A stretch of 64,000 bases of DNA from an uncultured Actinomycetes bacterium (GTDB taxonomy: Bacteria > Actinomycetota > Actinomycetes > Nanopelagicales > Nanopelagicaceae): positions 5,988-69,987 of the forward strand of contig CAINRW010000104.1 of the NCBI GenBank assembly GCA_903852815.1. The letters are read 5' to 3'. Shown piece after piece: positions 47,138-58,357 of the stretch (position 1 is its first letter; the number at the start of each line of letters is the position of its first letter). The position numbers and the translations under genes are program-made. Below the pieces are notes generated by a model, which had not been told where the DNA came from, made no database searches, and was given only the letters and a program-made list of their open reading frames with translations.

Positions 47138-49027
47138 TCAAAGCGAGTATGGATCTATGCGCAAAATAGCATCGTTTTTTCTTGCAATACTTCGACGACG
47201 CATTAATTCATGTAAGAAAGAAACTACTGCAGGCGCAGATTCTCTTCGTGAGAGCACGACAATCTTACTTTTTTCTTGATTAATCATTGACGGACCGAGA
47301 ATTCGAACATCACTTGGCAATCGAGCATCAGCAATTGCCGCTCGTAAACCTTCACTCAAGGAGGTTGCTTGAGAAGAAGGAAGCACAAGCACTGCACTGC
47401 TCGAAGTTGGAGGCAAATTTACTTCTTCGTTTTGAGCCAGTTCACGTTTTAACATCATGGCTGGATTCCAGCGTTTGAGAGAAGAAACTATTGGGTGCGA
47501 GTCTTCTATAGCCAGAAGGATGCTTCCCGATTCACGTGCCATCGCTCCCATTTCAAAGAAAAGTTCTATTGCCCGTTCGTTGGCTCGAAGATCGTCGTGA
47601 CTAAAAAACGATAAGGCTTCAAGAATGACAACAGCTGCATAGCCATCTTTACACACCGGTGCCGCACCTGGTGTGCAAAGAACCAGAGATGGTTGTGACT
47701 TAACGCTTTCCTTTATTACATCACCATATGAGAGCGTTACCGGGATGTTTGGGAAGGCTCTAGAAATTTCTTCTGCCGCACGCTCGATTCCACGCGAAAC
47801 AACGTACTTTTTATCTCGTCCACAAAATTTACATGTCCATTGCGATTCGCTTCGACCGCAAGTTTTGCATAGTGGAGCTGCATTCTTAGATGAAAGCGCT
47901 AACTTTGATCCGCATGAACACGCCGCAAAGTTCTTACAGTGAGCACACAAAATGGCATTGGCATAACCTTTTCGGGAAAGAAGGAAAAGAACTGGGCCAC
48001 GTTTAATTTGAGTCCGAATCTCTTTAAAAATTCTATCTGGAAGTAGTGATGAGTCGATTGAAGAGAAGGTTTCCACGCGTGTTGAGGATGGTGCGCCTAT
48101 GTATCTCATTCGTTTAGCTTCAATCTTTGCTGCGATATTCAGGGACGGGCTGTAACCACAGAAAATTAAATTCAAGGCTTCACTCTTGCGGCGCAAAAAT
48201 GCAATCTCTCTTACATTCCAGCCAGGTGTACGGATTTCATAAAATTCTGATGATGACTCTTTAAAAATCAGAATGGTAGATCCCGGTGGTAGTGGTGAAA
48301 AAATTGCATTTCGGGAACCAATTATTAATTGGGGTTGCTGATCGGCTACTTTGAGAAAATTGGAATACCGCTCGGCTCTAGTAAGTGCACTATCTATTCG
48401 AATTGGTGATTGACCAAGTGAGACTAAAGCATGCTCTAGTCGCAACACATCTGTCTCATCAGGTGCAATAACAAGAACCGCTCCACTATCCATCCGTGTG
48501 AGCGCAATTTTGGCCGCACTTACATATGGATCTTGATGGGCTGCCAGTGCTTGATAAACCCAATCCGACAAAACTGTGGACTTCTTGTGTTCTTTACTCT
48601 TTTGCTGTGAAGTAAATGTTTTATCAACTGAAGCTACTCGAGCAGGAATTGCACTTGTAACTATTTCCCACGGATTACTCGCCCAGCGTTGCGCCGCTTT
48701 TTCAAATAAATCGATGGTCTGCGGTGTAGCTACAACATGGGGCGATAGAACCTTCGTAATTGATTTTATTTTCGCACCTGAGTTAAGTGTTACTTCACGC
48801 GAAATAACTAGACCCTCAACTTCACGTGTCCCAAATGGAACTTGAACTCTTATCCCCGTTTGAACTAAATCAGAGAGCGATTCAGGAACTTGATAGTCAT
48901 ATGGTTGGTCGAGATGATAAACGCCAGTATCAACCCAGACGCGCGCAAAGGGAGACTGACTCGCAGGTGGACCAGTGAGGGCAGGAGCTACCTGCGACTT
49001 CAATTTAAATAGCCGTGGCGTTGCCAC
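47138..49027 (-). CDS. priA: Primosomal protein N' (helicase motifs degenerate)
   Basis: N-terminal YDY.VP...G.RV.VPFG; Cys-rich region CAHC..CSC..CKTC..CKFC; conserved position metK-priA-def-fmt. Confidence 0.85.
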   Translation of the reverse strand: MATPRLFKLKSQVAPALTGPPASQSPFARVWVDTGVYHLDQPYDYQVPESLSDLVQTGIRVQVPFGTREVEGLVISREVTLNSGAKIKSITKVLSPHVVATPQTIDLFEKAAQRWASNPWEIVTSAIPARVASVDKTFTSQQKSKEHKKSTVLSDWVYQALAAHQDPYVSAAKIALTRMDSGAVLVIAPDETDVLRLEHALVSLGQSPIRIDSALTRAERYSNFLKVADQQPQLIIGSRNAIFSPLPPGSTILIFKESSSEFYEIRTPGWNVREIAFLRRKSEALNLIFCGYSPSLNIAAKIEAKRMRYIGAPSSTRVETFSSIDSSLLPDRIFKEIRTQIKRGPVLFLLSRKGYANAILCAHCKNFAACSCGSKLALSSKNAAPLCKTCGRSESQWTCKFCGRDKKYVVSRGIERAAEEISRAFPNIPVTLSYGDVIKESVKSQPSLVLCTPGAAPVCKDGYAAVVILEALSFFSHDDLRANERAIELFFEMGAMARESGSILLAIEDSHPIVSSLKRWNPAMMLKRELAQNEEVNLPPTSSSAVLVLPSSQATSLSEGLRAAIADARLPSDVRILGPSMINQEKSKIVVLSRRESAPAVVSFLHELMRRRSIARKNDAILRIDPYSL

Positions 49028-49032
49028 AATAC

Positions 49033-50223
49033 TTACTTAATAGCGTTTTGTAGTTCAGTGATTCGATTTGTGCGCTCCCAAGCAAACTCAGGTAACTCGC
49101 GACCAAAATGTCCATAGGCGCTAGTAAGTGAGTAGATTGGACGAAGCAAATCTAAATCTCTAATAATTGCAGCAGGTCTTAAATCAAAGACCGAAGTAAC
49201 AGCGCTTTGAATTTTGGAAACTGGCACAGTTTCAGTGCCAAAAGTTTCAACAAACACACCTACGGGTTGGGCTTTACCGATTGCATAAGCAACCTGCACT
49301 TCGCAGCGACGAGCCAGGCCAGCGGCAACTACGTTTTTAGCTACCCAACGCATCGCATATGCAGCAGATCTATCCACTTTCGATGGATCTTTTCCGCTAA
49401 ATGCGCCGCCACCGTGACGCGCCATGCCGCCATATGTGTCAACAATAATCTTGCGACCAGTTAGGCCAGCATCACCCATCGGACCGCCAATAACGAATCG
49501 TCCCGTTGGATTAATTAACGTTCTCAAATCTTTACGTGGAAGATCTATGAGACTAATTATTGGCTCAATGACATGTTCAATAATCTCGGGAGTTAATTTC
49601 CCAGCTACATCTACATCTTCAGAATGCTGACTTGAAATAACAACGGTATTAAGTGCAACGGCTTTATCGCCATCGTATTCAATTGTTACTTGCGTCTTTC
49701 CATCGGGTCTTAGATACGGAAGCAAACCACTCTTCCTCACCTTAGTTAATTGCGCAGCTAATGCATGGGCTAACCAGATAGGAAGAGGCATCAATTCTTT
49801 AGTGTCGTCACAGGCATAGCCAAACATCAATCCTTGATCTCCAGCGCCTTGTAAATCTAATGGATCAACTTGTGAACCGATGCGATGTTCATAGGCATCA
49901 TCGACACCTTGAGCAATATCTTGTGACTGCTGTCCGATTGATATAGAGACTCCGCAGCTGTTGCCGTCAAAACCTTTATCGGATGAGTCGTAGCCAATTT
50001 CTAAAACAGTATCGCGGACAATCCCCATCACATCTGCGTAGCCATCAGTTGTTACTTCACCGGCAACGTGCACCTGGCCAGTTGTTATTAAAGTTTCAAC
50101 CGCTACTCGCGACTTTTTATCTTGAGAAAGAAGGGAATCCAAGACGGCATCAGATATAGCATCTGCAATCTTGTCTGGGTGACCTTCAGTTACTGATTCA
50201 GATGTAAATAGGCGTTGTGACAT
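49033..50223 (-). CDS. metK: S-adenosylmethionine synthetase
   Basis: [35 protein letters not shown]. Confidence 0.98.
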   Translation of the reverse strand: MSQRLFTSESVTEGHPDKIADAISDAVLDSLLSQDKKSRVAVETLITTGQVHVAGEVTTDGYADVMGIVRDTVLEIGYDSSDKGFDGNSCGVSISIGQQSQDIAQGVDDAYEHRIGSQVDPLDLQGAGDQGLMFGYACDDTKELMPLPIWLAHALAAQLTKVRKSGLLPYLRPDGKTQVTIEYDGDKAVALNTVVISSQHSEDVDVAGKLTPEIIEHVIEPIISLIDLPRKDLRTLINPTGRFVIGGPMGDAGLTGRKIIVDTYGGMARHGGGAFSGKDPSKVDRSAAYAMRWVAKNVVAAGLARRCEVQVAYAIGKAQPVGVFVETFGTETVPVSKIQSAVTSVFDLRPAAIIRDLDLLRPIYSLTSAYGHFGRELPEFAWERTNRITELQNAIK

Positions 50224-50227
50224 TGTC

Positions 50228-51412
50228 CTAACCTAACTGCTCAAGGGCGTAATCGAGTAATAAATTCGCCAGCGTGTCCTTTGATTTTTTCGTAACTTCA
50301 ATCTGTGTGCCATTCTTGAGAATTATCGTACCTTCAGTCTCGTCGGCACCGAAAATAGCTCCCTCTGAAACATCATTAACGTAGATCAAGTCCAAATCTT
50401 TAGCTACCAACTTTGCATGGGCAGATGCGAGTAAGTCGCTGGTTTCAGCAGCAAAGCCAATAAGTACTTGGCCTTTCTTTTTTGCAGCAAGACCAGCAAG
50501 TAAATCGGGATTATTGACTAACTCAATTGTTGTAAAAAACTTCTTCTTTATTTTTTGCCCATTGCGTGTTGCTGGTCTTGCATCGGCAATTGCCGCAGCC
50601 ATAACCAGAATGTCGCATTCATCAAAGTACGAATCTAGCGCTTGCGAAACTTCATCTGCTGATTCGACATTGATTACGTTCAGTCCTTGCGTTTGAGCCG
50701 CTGGAATATTTGCCGCAATGAGAGTTACGTTCGCACCGCGTGCCTGTGCCGCCCGAGCTACTGCGACCCCTTGTTTTCCTGAGGACCTATTTCCTATGTA
50801 GCGCACTGGATCAATTGCTTCACGCGTTCCACCAGCCGTGACAACAATGTTTTTATCTTTGAGATCTTCACGACGCGTAGAAAAATCTAAGAACTTTGAA
50901 ATTATTGTTTGCGTATCTGGGAATCTACCTTTACCGACATCACTGCCCGTTAAGCGACCAACTTCCGGCTCCACAACCAAGAATCCTCGCGAGCGAAGTG
51001 TTTCTACATTTTCAACAGTTGCTGGATTCGACCACATCGCTGGATGCATAGCAGGGACCAACATTTTTGGAACATTGCTGGCTAGAACTAAATTAGTTAA
51101 TAAGTCATCGGCTCGCCCCATCGCAAGGCGGGCAATTAAATCCGCGGTAGCCGGAGCGATAATAAAAAAATCGGCCAAGGATGCAAGATTTACATGACGG
51201 ACTTCATCTACACGCTCCCACACCTGCGTTGTGACTGGACGGCCCGAAAGCGCTTCCCATGTTGCAGCCCCAACAAAGTTGAGGGAGGCAGGTGTAGGTA
51301 CGACGGTAATTTTGAAACCTTGATCTTGAAGTCGGCGCAGTAAATCGGCAGATTTATATGCTGCAATTCCCCCGCCAATACCGAGAATAACCTCACGGTG
51401 TGTAGAGGACAT
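50228..51412 (-). CDS. coaBC: Phosphopantothenoylcysteine decarboxylase/ligase
   Basis: [46 protein letters not shown]. Confidence 0.95.
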   Translation of the reverse strand: MSSTHREVILGIGGGIAAYKSADLLRRLQDQGFKITVVPTPASLNFVGAATWEALSGRPVTTQVWERVDEVRHVNLASLADFFIIAPATADLIARLAMGRADDLLTNLVLASNVPKMLVPAMHPAMWSNPATVENVETLRSRGFLVVEPEVGRLTGSDVGKGRFPDTQTIISKFLDFSTRREDLKDKNIVVTAGGTREAIDPVRYIGNRSSGKQGVAVARAAQARGANVTLIAANIPAAQTQGLNVINVESADEVSQALDSYFDECDILVMAAAIADARPATRNGQKIKKKFFTTIELVNNPDLLAGLAAKKKGQVLIGFAAETSDLLASAHAKLVAKDLDLIYVNDVSEGAIFGADETEGTIILKNGTQIEVTKKSKDTLANLLLDYALEQLG

Positions 51413-51425
51413 AGTGAGGGCGAAG

Positions 51426-51674
51426 TTAAGCGGTAGGTTCTAGATTTTCAATCGTGAGTAAGCCTTCATTAATTTCGCGCAATGCGATTGAAAGTGGCTT
51501 CTCATGAACGTGTGTTTCAACTAGTGGCCCAACATACTCAAGTAGGCCTTCTCCAAGTTGTGAATAATATGCATTGATTTGGCGGGCACGCTTTGCCGCG
51601 TACAAAACTAGGCTGTACTTCGAACCACTTTTATCTAAAAGTTCATCGATCGGTGGATTTGTAATGCCATCCAT
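51426..51674 (-). CDS. rpoZ: RNA polymerase omega subunit
   Basis: [37 protein letters not shown]. Confidence 0.96.
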   Translation of the reverse strand: MDGITNPPIDELLDKSGSKYSLVLYAAKRARQINAYYSQLGEGLLEYVGPLVETHVHEKPLSIALREINEGLLTIENLEPTA

Positions 51675-51715
51675 GTGTAACCTCACTCAAATTATCCAAG
51701 AGCCCGTATGCGGGT

Positions 51716-52588
51716 TCAGGAGGCAAATGATACCAGTAGCCCAACAACACGCTCGACTTCATCGTTGACGACAACGTGGTCAAAAAATGAGGCGGCGGCC
51801 AACTCTTCCTGAGCTAATTCCAGACGATGTGCTCTGCGTTCGGGCCCATCAGTGCCTCGACCTTCAAGACGTGCCACTAGTTCTTCCCACGACGGTGGCT
51901 CTAGAAAGACCAGAATCGCCTGAGGGAGATGAGCTTTGACCTGTTTTGCGCCATCAATTTCAATCTCTAGTAAGACATTCTCGCCGCGGTTCAAAGCATC
52001 TAAAACTTCATTGCTTGGGGTCCCGTAACGATTACCTGCAAACTCGGCCCACTCCAAGAACTCGTCCTCTTTGACTCTGCGATCAAACTCATCATTTGAA
52101 ATGAAGTAGTAATCGACCCCGTGAAGTTCATTTGTGCGAGGTGCTCGCGTTGTTGCTGAAACACTGACCCAAAAATCACCCGTTTGGCGAAGTCGAGTCG
52201 CAACGGTGCTTTTGCCAACCCCACCAGGACCTGACAAAACTAAGAGTTTGCCTGGCCTTGTCGCATGTACTGGTTTCATAAACTCATTTCGAAGTTCTTT
52301 TATTTGATGTCTTCCCAACCCAACGATTCTGCGAGTTGGAGAGATATTTAATTTTTCCATTAAGACCTGGGCTCGAACTTTACCAACTCCAGAGAGTGCT
52401 TCTAGCAACTCTCGAACTCGCATCTTTGCTATTGCATCGTCAGTGCGTGAAAGTTCTAGAACTGCATCAACGCTATATTCACCGGATTTAATTTTGCCTT
52501 TTATTTCGGCTCGACGTTTACGAGATTGCGCTGCTTTTAAAAGTGCAGCCTTTCGCGCCTCCGGCGAAAGTTGTGGTGGCGCTCCCAT
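51716..52588 (-). CDS. mihF-gmk: Fusion of actinobacterial integration host factor (mIHF; 52280-52588) and guanylate kinase (51716-52279)
   Basis: N-terminal PQLSPEARKAALLKA...LSGVGKVRA...GLGRHQ (mIHF/H2TH), then LSGPGGVGKST, SATTRAPR, EFAGNRYGTP (Gmk), no intervening stop. Confidence 0.88.
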   Translation of the reverse strand: MGAPPQLSPEARKAALLKAAQSRKRRAEIKGKIKSGEYSVDAVLELSRTDDAIAKMRVRELLEALSGVGKVRAQVLMEKLNISPTRRIVGLGRHQIKELRNEFMKPVHATRPGKLLVLSGPGGVGKSTVATRLRQTGDFWVSVSATTRAPRTNELHGVDYYFISNDEFDRRVKEDEFLEWAEFAGNRYGTPSNEVLDALNRGENVLLEIEIDGAKQVKAHLPQAILVFLEPPSWEELVARLEGRGTDGPERRAHRLELAQEELAAASFFDHVVVNDEVERVVGLLVSFAS

Positions 52589-52616
52589 GGCATAAATCTA
52601 ACGGCAAAGCTACGTA

Positions 52617-53318
52617 TTAGAGAATCTGTTCCGAAATCTCCATAGCTCGCTCACGCATTGCACCTGCTCCATGTTGGAAAAAGGAGGTAATGGGACGTCC
52701 GATAACCACAAGATTGGCACCTTGGGCTATTGCGTCGGCAGGAGTCATAGTCCGCTGCTGATCATCGTTGGCCGTTGAATCCAATGGGCGCACTCCAGGT
52801 GTGATGATCTCTATTGCAGAACCAACGGCTTTTCGTACTGCAGCGATTTCCAAAGGTGAGCAAACAATCGCACGTGCTCCCCCAGAGACAGCTTGCTCAG
52901 CCAATCGGACCGCACTTGCCAAAGCATTGGATGCAAAACCTAAATCGACGAGATTGCTATCACTTAAGGAAGTCAAGATTGTTACCCCAGTGATATGTGT
53001 TTCAGGCATTGCTTCAACTGCAGCTTTAACCATCTGCGCACCACCTGAAGCATGTACAGTTAAAAACCTTGGTCGTAAATTAGCGACTGCTTTAGCCGCA
53101 CCGCTGACAGTGTGAGGAATATCGAGAAGCTTTAAATCAAGAAAAATCTCGGATGAACTTTCACCACTTATTCTTCGAACACCTTCAGCGCCAAAAGTTA
53201 AAAAGAATTCAAGCCCTAATTTAACAACCGAAATTACACCATCTGTGGCTTTCACCCACTGGGTAGCGATTTCTATATCCGAGGTATCTACAGCAAGAAC
53301 GATAGGGGCTTTAGCCAT
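52617..53318 (-). CDS. pyrF: Orotidine-5'-phosphate decarboxylase
   Basis: KLGLEF, DLKLLDIPHT (DxKxxD intact), TPGVRP, VIGRPI. Confidence 0.95.
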   Translation of the reverse strand: MAKAPIVLAVDTSDIEIATQWVKATDGVISVVKLGLEFFLTFGAEGVRRISGESSSEIFLDLKLLDIPHTVSGAAKAVANLRPRFLTVHASGGAQMVKAAVEAMPETHITGVTILTSLSDSNLVDLGFASNALASAVRLAEQAVSGGARAIVCSPLEIAAVRKAVGSAIEIITPGVRPLDSTANDDQQRTMTPADAIAQGANLVVIGRPITSFFQHGAGAMRERAMEISEQIL

Positions 53319-53321
53319 TTA

Positions 53322-54260
53322 TTACTCACTCTCTGGTCTGTGCGCGAATCCAATAGCTTCGCGAAGAGATGTGAATCCCTTTGCAACTAAGAGCTGTTTT
53401 AATTCATCTTGAACTTTAACGATTGCAAAAGGATTGCCAAAACTTGCAGTTCCGATTGACACACCACTTGCCCCTGCGGCAATCATTTCAAGAGCGTCAC
53501 GACCCGTTGAGATTCCACCCATTCCAAGAATTGGAACTTGTGGCATCGCGGCATGCACTTGGTACACCGCACGGACAGCAATTGGTCGAATTGCTGGTCC
53601 TGATAAACCGCCAGTCTTGCCACCTAAATGTGGGCGCAATGTTTCTAGATTAATCACCATTCCCAAAACGGTATTTATGAGAGCTAAAGCATCAGCACCG
53701 GCATCAACCACTCCACGTGCAATAGAAACTAAATCCGTAACGTCGGGAGAAAGTTTGGCAATAATTGGCAACTCTCCGCCAATCGTGCGTCGAACACCAT
53801 CAATTACTCGACGTGAAGCTTCTGGATCGCAAGCAAAAACCAATCCTCTATTTTCAACGTTTGGACAGGAGATATTAACTTCAATCGCACTTATGCCAGA
53901 GACGGAACGAAGTTTTCGGGCCAACATCGCATATTCTTCAACGGTTTCTCCTGCGATAGAAACAATTATTCGAGCTTTTTGTTCGGTCAGATAAGGAACA
54001 TCCTTTGCTAGAAACTCATCTATTCCTGGACCCTGCAAACCAATTGAGTTAAGCATTCCGCTTGGAGTTTCAGCCATCCGTGGAGTTGGTCGACCGCTCC
54101 TGGCCTTGCTCATAACTGATTTAGTTACGACGCCTCCGATTGTTGCAAGGTCAAAAAATTGCGCTAACTCACGCCCCGAACTTGCGCAGCCGCTTGCAGT
54201 GAAAGTTGGTGTAGGAAACCATGCATTACCTAAAGTTGTTGAAAAATCTAACTGTGTCAT
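53322..54260 (-). CDS. pyrD: Dihydroorotate dehydrogenase family 1B, catalytic subunit
   Basis: ASGC, GMLNSIGLQGPG, NISCPN, KLSPDVT, GGLSGPAI. Confidence 0.93.
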   Translation of the reverse strand: MTQLDFSTTLGNAWFPTPTFTASGCASSGRELAQFFDLATIGGVVTKSVMSKARSGRPTPRMAETPSGMLNSIGLQGPGIDEFLAKDVPYLTEQKARIIVSIAGETVEEYAMLARKLRSVSGISAIEVNISCPNVENRGLVFACDPEASRRVIDGVRRTIGGELPIIAKLSPDVTDLVSIARGVVDAGADALALINTVLGMVINLETLRPHLGGKTGGLSGPAIRPIAVRAVYQVHAAMPQVPILGMGGISTGRDALEMIAAGASGVSIGTASFGNPFAIVKVQDELKQLLVAKGFTSLREAIGFAHRPESE

Positions 54261-55093
54261 AGAGCTTTGCCAACTTTATCCCATTGCACATGTGAACCAT
54301 CCATCACGGGACCATCAATGCAACTTCGTAACATTTTGATAGAACCATCTTCGGTAGCAACTGGAAGCACACACGTCATGCAGATTCCGATACCGCATGC
54401 CATTGATTCTTCAACTGCGCATTGGTGGACAACATCTGTGCCCCGAGTCAGAGAATCTATTGCTGAAAGCATTGCCATTGGTCCACACGAATAAATCACT
54501 GCAATATCTGATTGCGAAATCATTTCACTAATCGGATCAGTTACACGTCCGGCCTGTCCCATGGAGCCGTCTTCAGTATAAATACGTAAAGAATTTACTG
54601 CGCGTTTGCCTTCCATGGGTGCATAAATTTTTGACGCGGTGCTTGCACCTAACAACATATCGACACGACAACCACGAGCGTTAAGAACTTCAGCCAAACC
54701 AAACAGTGGCGCAGAACCATATCCGCCGCCAACTAAAACAACATGTACGGGTTCGGTTGGAATTCCAAATCCGCTACCTAGCGGGACAATCACATCTAGT
54801 TCTGCGCCTTCTTGCGCAGAACATAGCCAACGACTTCCTTGACCATGGGGAGCAACAATCAACTCCATGGTCCCACCAACTGTTGTACTAGTTGAGACTC
54901 GCGAGATCGCAAAAGCTCTACGTAAAACCATTCGTGAATTTTCTCCACCAACAGATATGGCCACAAAATTTCCAGGTTTACAAAAATTTGCTTGCTCACC
55001 AATATTGACGATTAGTTGGTGATATTGCCCTACGCGCTTATTGCTTACGACAGTTGCAAAGATATTTGCAGCATTTTTATTGATCAGAGCCAT
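54257..55093 (-). CDS. pyrK: Dihydroorotate dehydrogenase electron transfer subunit
   Basis: LRRAFAI, GGGYG.AP, CGP, MACGIGICMTC...CIDGPV [2Fe-2S] motif. Confidence 0.92.
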   Translation of the reverse strand: MALINKNAANIFATVVSNKRVGQYHQLIVNIGEQANFCKPGNFVAISVGGENSRMVLRRAFAISRVSTSTTVGGTMELIVAPHGQGSRWLCSAQEGAELDVIVPLGSGFGIPTEPVHVVLVGGGYGSAPLFGLAEVLNARGCRVDMLLGASTASKIYAPMEGKRAVNSLRIYTEDGSMGQAGRVTDPISEMISQSDIAVIYSCGPMAMLSAIDSLTRGTDVVHQCAVEESMACGIGICMTCVLPVATEDGSIKMLRSCIDGPVMDGSHVQWDKVGKAL

Positions 55094-58000
55094 TATGGTG
55101 CTAACCATTTCTGCAAAGATTTTATTGAAAGCTTATTTGCTTGTAAGAATCGAATACCCTCAACTGCGGCGCTAAATCCCGCGGTAGTTGTGATAATCGG
55201 AATCGAACGTTGAACCGATGCGGTGCGAATTAACCAACCATCTTGACGTGTACCGCGACCAACTGGGGTATTGATAACTAAATCAATATCTCCAGAATTA
55301 ATAATCTCCACGATTGTTCGCTCACCCATAGGCCCAGTACCTTCTGAGTTCTTTCGTACCGTTGTGCAAGTAACACCTTTAGTGGCTAAGAATTTTGCCG
55401 TACCTTCAGTTGCAAGAATTTTGAATCCGCACGCTTGTAAACCTATCGCTGCATCGACTCCTGATTCTTTATCTTTATCGGCTAATGAAATGAAAACCGT
55501 TCCCGATTTTGGAAGTGGCCCAAAAGCTGCAATTTGACTCTTCGCATAACTCTCGCCAAAAGTTGGTGCAATTCCCATAACTTCACCCGTAGATCTCATC
55601 TCTGGGCCAAGTACGGCATCAACACCTCTTCCATCACTTCTTCTAAATCTGTTCCACGGTAAAACTGCTTCCTTGACCGAGACTCCTCGAGCGATTCCAT
55701 CACCCGTGAGTGGAAGAAGTTTTTCTGCACGTAACTCAGCAATCGTTGCACCAACTGAAATACGTGCCGCCGCCTTTGCAAGTGGAACACCAGTTGACTT
55801 ACTGACAAAAGGAACTGTTCGCGATGCACGCGGATTTGCCTCTAAGACATATAACGCAGAATCCGCTAATGCGAATTGAATATTGATTAAACCGCGCACT
55901 CCTACGCTTTTCGCAATTTTTTCTGTTGCTTCACGAATCTCAAGCATCTGTTCTGCAGTAACTGTCATCGAAGGAAGCACGCACGCACTATCTCCGCTAT
56001 GAATTCCTGCCTCTTCGATGTGCTCCATGACTCCGCCAAGGAAAAGTTCCACTCCGTCATACAAAGCATCAACATCTATTTCTATAGCGCTGTCAAGGAA
56101 TCGATCAACAAGAACGGGATGATTAGGTGTTATATCTGTTGCTCTTGAAATAAAACCACCGAGAGCTGCATCGTCATAGACAATTTCCATGCCACGACCA
56201 CCAAGAACAAAGGATGGGCGCACAAGCACTGGATAGCCAATTCGTTGTGCAATTGTTAGTGCCTCTAATTGAGAGGAAGCCATTCCAAATTCGGGGGCTG
56301 TCAGACCTTGTTCATGCAAAATATTTCCGAAAGCGCCGCGTTCTTCCGCCAAATTAATCGCCTCGGGACTCGTTCCCAAAATATTAATTCCAGCAGCCTT
56401 AAGCCCCGCTGCTAGCCCTAATGGTGTTTGTCCACCCAGCTGAGTGATTACTCCCAAAACCGGACCTGCAGCCATCTCGGCGTGAACTACTTCAATCACA
56501 TCTTCAAGAGTTAAAGGTTCAAAATAGAGCCGATCACTAGTGTCATAATCAGTTGAAACAGTCTCTGGATTGCAGTTAATCATAATAGTTTCAAAACCAG
56601 AGTCGCGAAGAACAAATGATGCGTGAACACATGAATAATCAAATTCAATTCCTTGGCCAATTCGATTTGGGCCACTTCCCAGAATGATTACCGCTGGTGC
56701 CAAACGGGTGCGAACTTCGGTTTCACGTTCATAACTTGAATAATGATAAGGAGTAAATGCCTCGAACTCTGCAGCACACGTATCAACGGTTTTATACACG
56801 GGTCTGATTCCTAGATGATGGCGACTTCGGCGTACTTCTTCTTCGCTCAAGCCACGTAAAGTTGCAATCTGCGCATCAGAAAAAACCTTGGCTCTTCGCA
56901 TCGCACAAAAGATCCATCGTTAACTCGCCTGGTTCGGCAAGAATTTTTGCTTGCTCGTTGATGAGTTCTATTTGTCGTAAATACCAAGGATCAATTTTCG
57001 TCGCTGAAAAAACTTGTTCGATAGTTGCACCCGCCCACAGCGCTTTTTGAACTTGTTGTAATCGATACTCGGTAGGTATTTGCATAGAAACTAGTAAACG
57101 TTCGCGCTCCTGTACATCTATTTCAGGCCAGGAAAAAATCGCTTCTGATCTTTCAAGGGAGCGTAACGCCTTCATGAGCGTTTCTGAAAAAGAGCGACCA
57201 ATCGCCATAGCTTCGCCGACAGACTTCATAGTTGTGGTCAAACGTGGATCGGCGTCGGCAAATTTTTCAAAAGCAAAGCGGGGAACTTTTACCACTACAT
57301 AGTCAAGGGTTGGCTCAAAAGATGCTGGCGTAACTTGCGTGATATCGTTCTTGATTTCATCCAATGTGTAGCCAATTGCTAACTTGGTTGCGATTTTTGC
57401 GATAGGAAAACCTGTCGCTTTTGAAGCTAATGCACTTGACCGTGAGACACGAGGATTCATTTCAATAACGATGATGCGACCGTTAAGTGGATTTACTGCA
57501 AATTGAATATTACAACCACCGGTATCAACACCAACTTCTCGAATAATATCTATGGAAAGATTGCGAAGTTTTTGATATTCAACGTCAGTCAAAGTCATTG
57601 CTGGCGCTACAGTTATTGAATCACCTGTATGGACTCCCATAGGATCAAGATTTTCGATACTACAAACAATTACAACGTTATCTTTTCTATCACGCATAAC
57701 TTCGAGTTCGTACTCTTTCCAACCAAGAATCGACTCTTCTAGCAAAACTTCAGATGTTGGACTGTGTCGAAGTCCAGCACCGGCGATCTGACGCAGCTCT
57801 TCTTCGTTAAATGCAATTCCTGAACCTAGTCCTCCCATTGTAAAAGATGGACGAACAACGACTGGGTAGTTAAGGTTCTGAACAGCAGCGATGATTTCAT
57901 TCATGGTGTGACAGATAATCGACTTTGCTGATTCACCACCAACTTTTTCAACAATGGTTCTAAAAAGCTCTCGGTTTTCTCCGCGTTCAATTGCTTTTAC

Positions 58001-58357
58001 ATCAGCACCAATTAACTTCACACCATATTTCGCTAATGTGCCACGTTCATGTAATCCAATTGCCGCATTAAGTGCGGTTTGACCGCCAAGAGTTGCTAAA
58101 ACTGCATCAGGTTTTTCGAGGGCGATAATTTGCTCAATGATTTCCGGGGTGATTGGTTCGATATATGTTGCATCAGCAAATTCTGGATCCGTCATAATCG
58201 TTGCGGGATTGGAATTGACAAGGACAACACGAATTCCTTCGGCACGCAAAACTCGACAAGCTTGTGTGCCCGAGTAATCGAATTCGCATGCCTGGCCAAT
58301 AACAATTGGTCCACTGCCAATAACTAAAACCGTCTTTATTGATGTATCTAAAGGCAT
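55093..58357 (-). CDS. carB: Carbamoyl-phosphate synthase large subunit, interrupted by a 1-nt frameshift near 56880 (ORFs 56876-58357 and 55093-56901)
   Basis: Both ATP-grasp halves and the MGS domain are intact; removing one T from GGTTTTTTCTGA restores GFSDAQIA and a 1087-aa protein. Confidence 0.93.

Noticed and set aside
50224-50227. SAM riboswitch before metK
   Set aside because: Only 4 nt separate coaBC from metK.
53118-53145. PyrF motif DLKLLD instead of the usual DLKLHD/DLKFHD
   Set aside because: The catalytic D-x-K-x-x-D residues are intact; the substituted position is variable.
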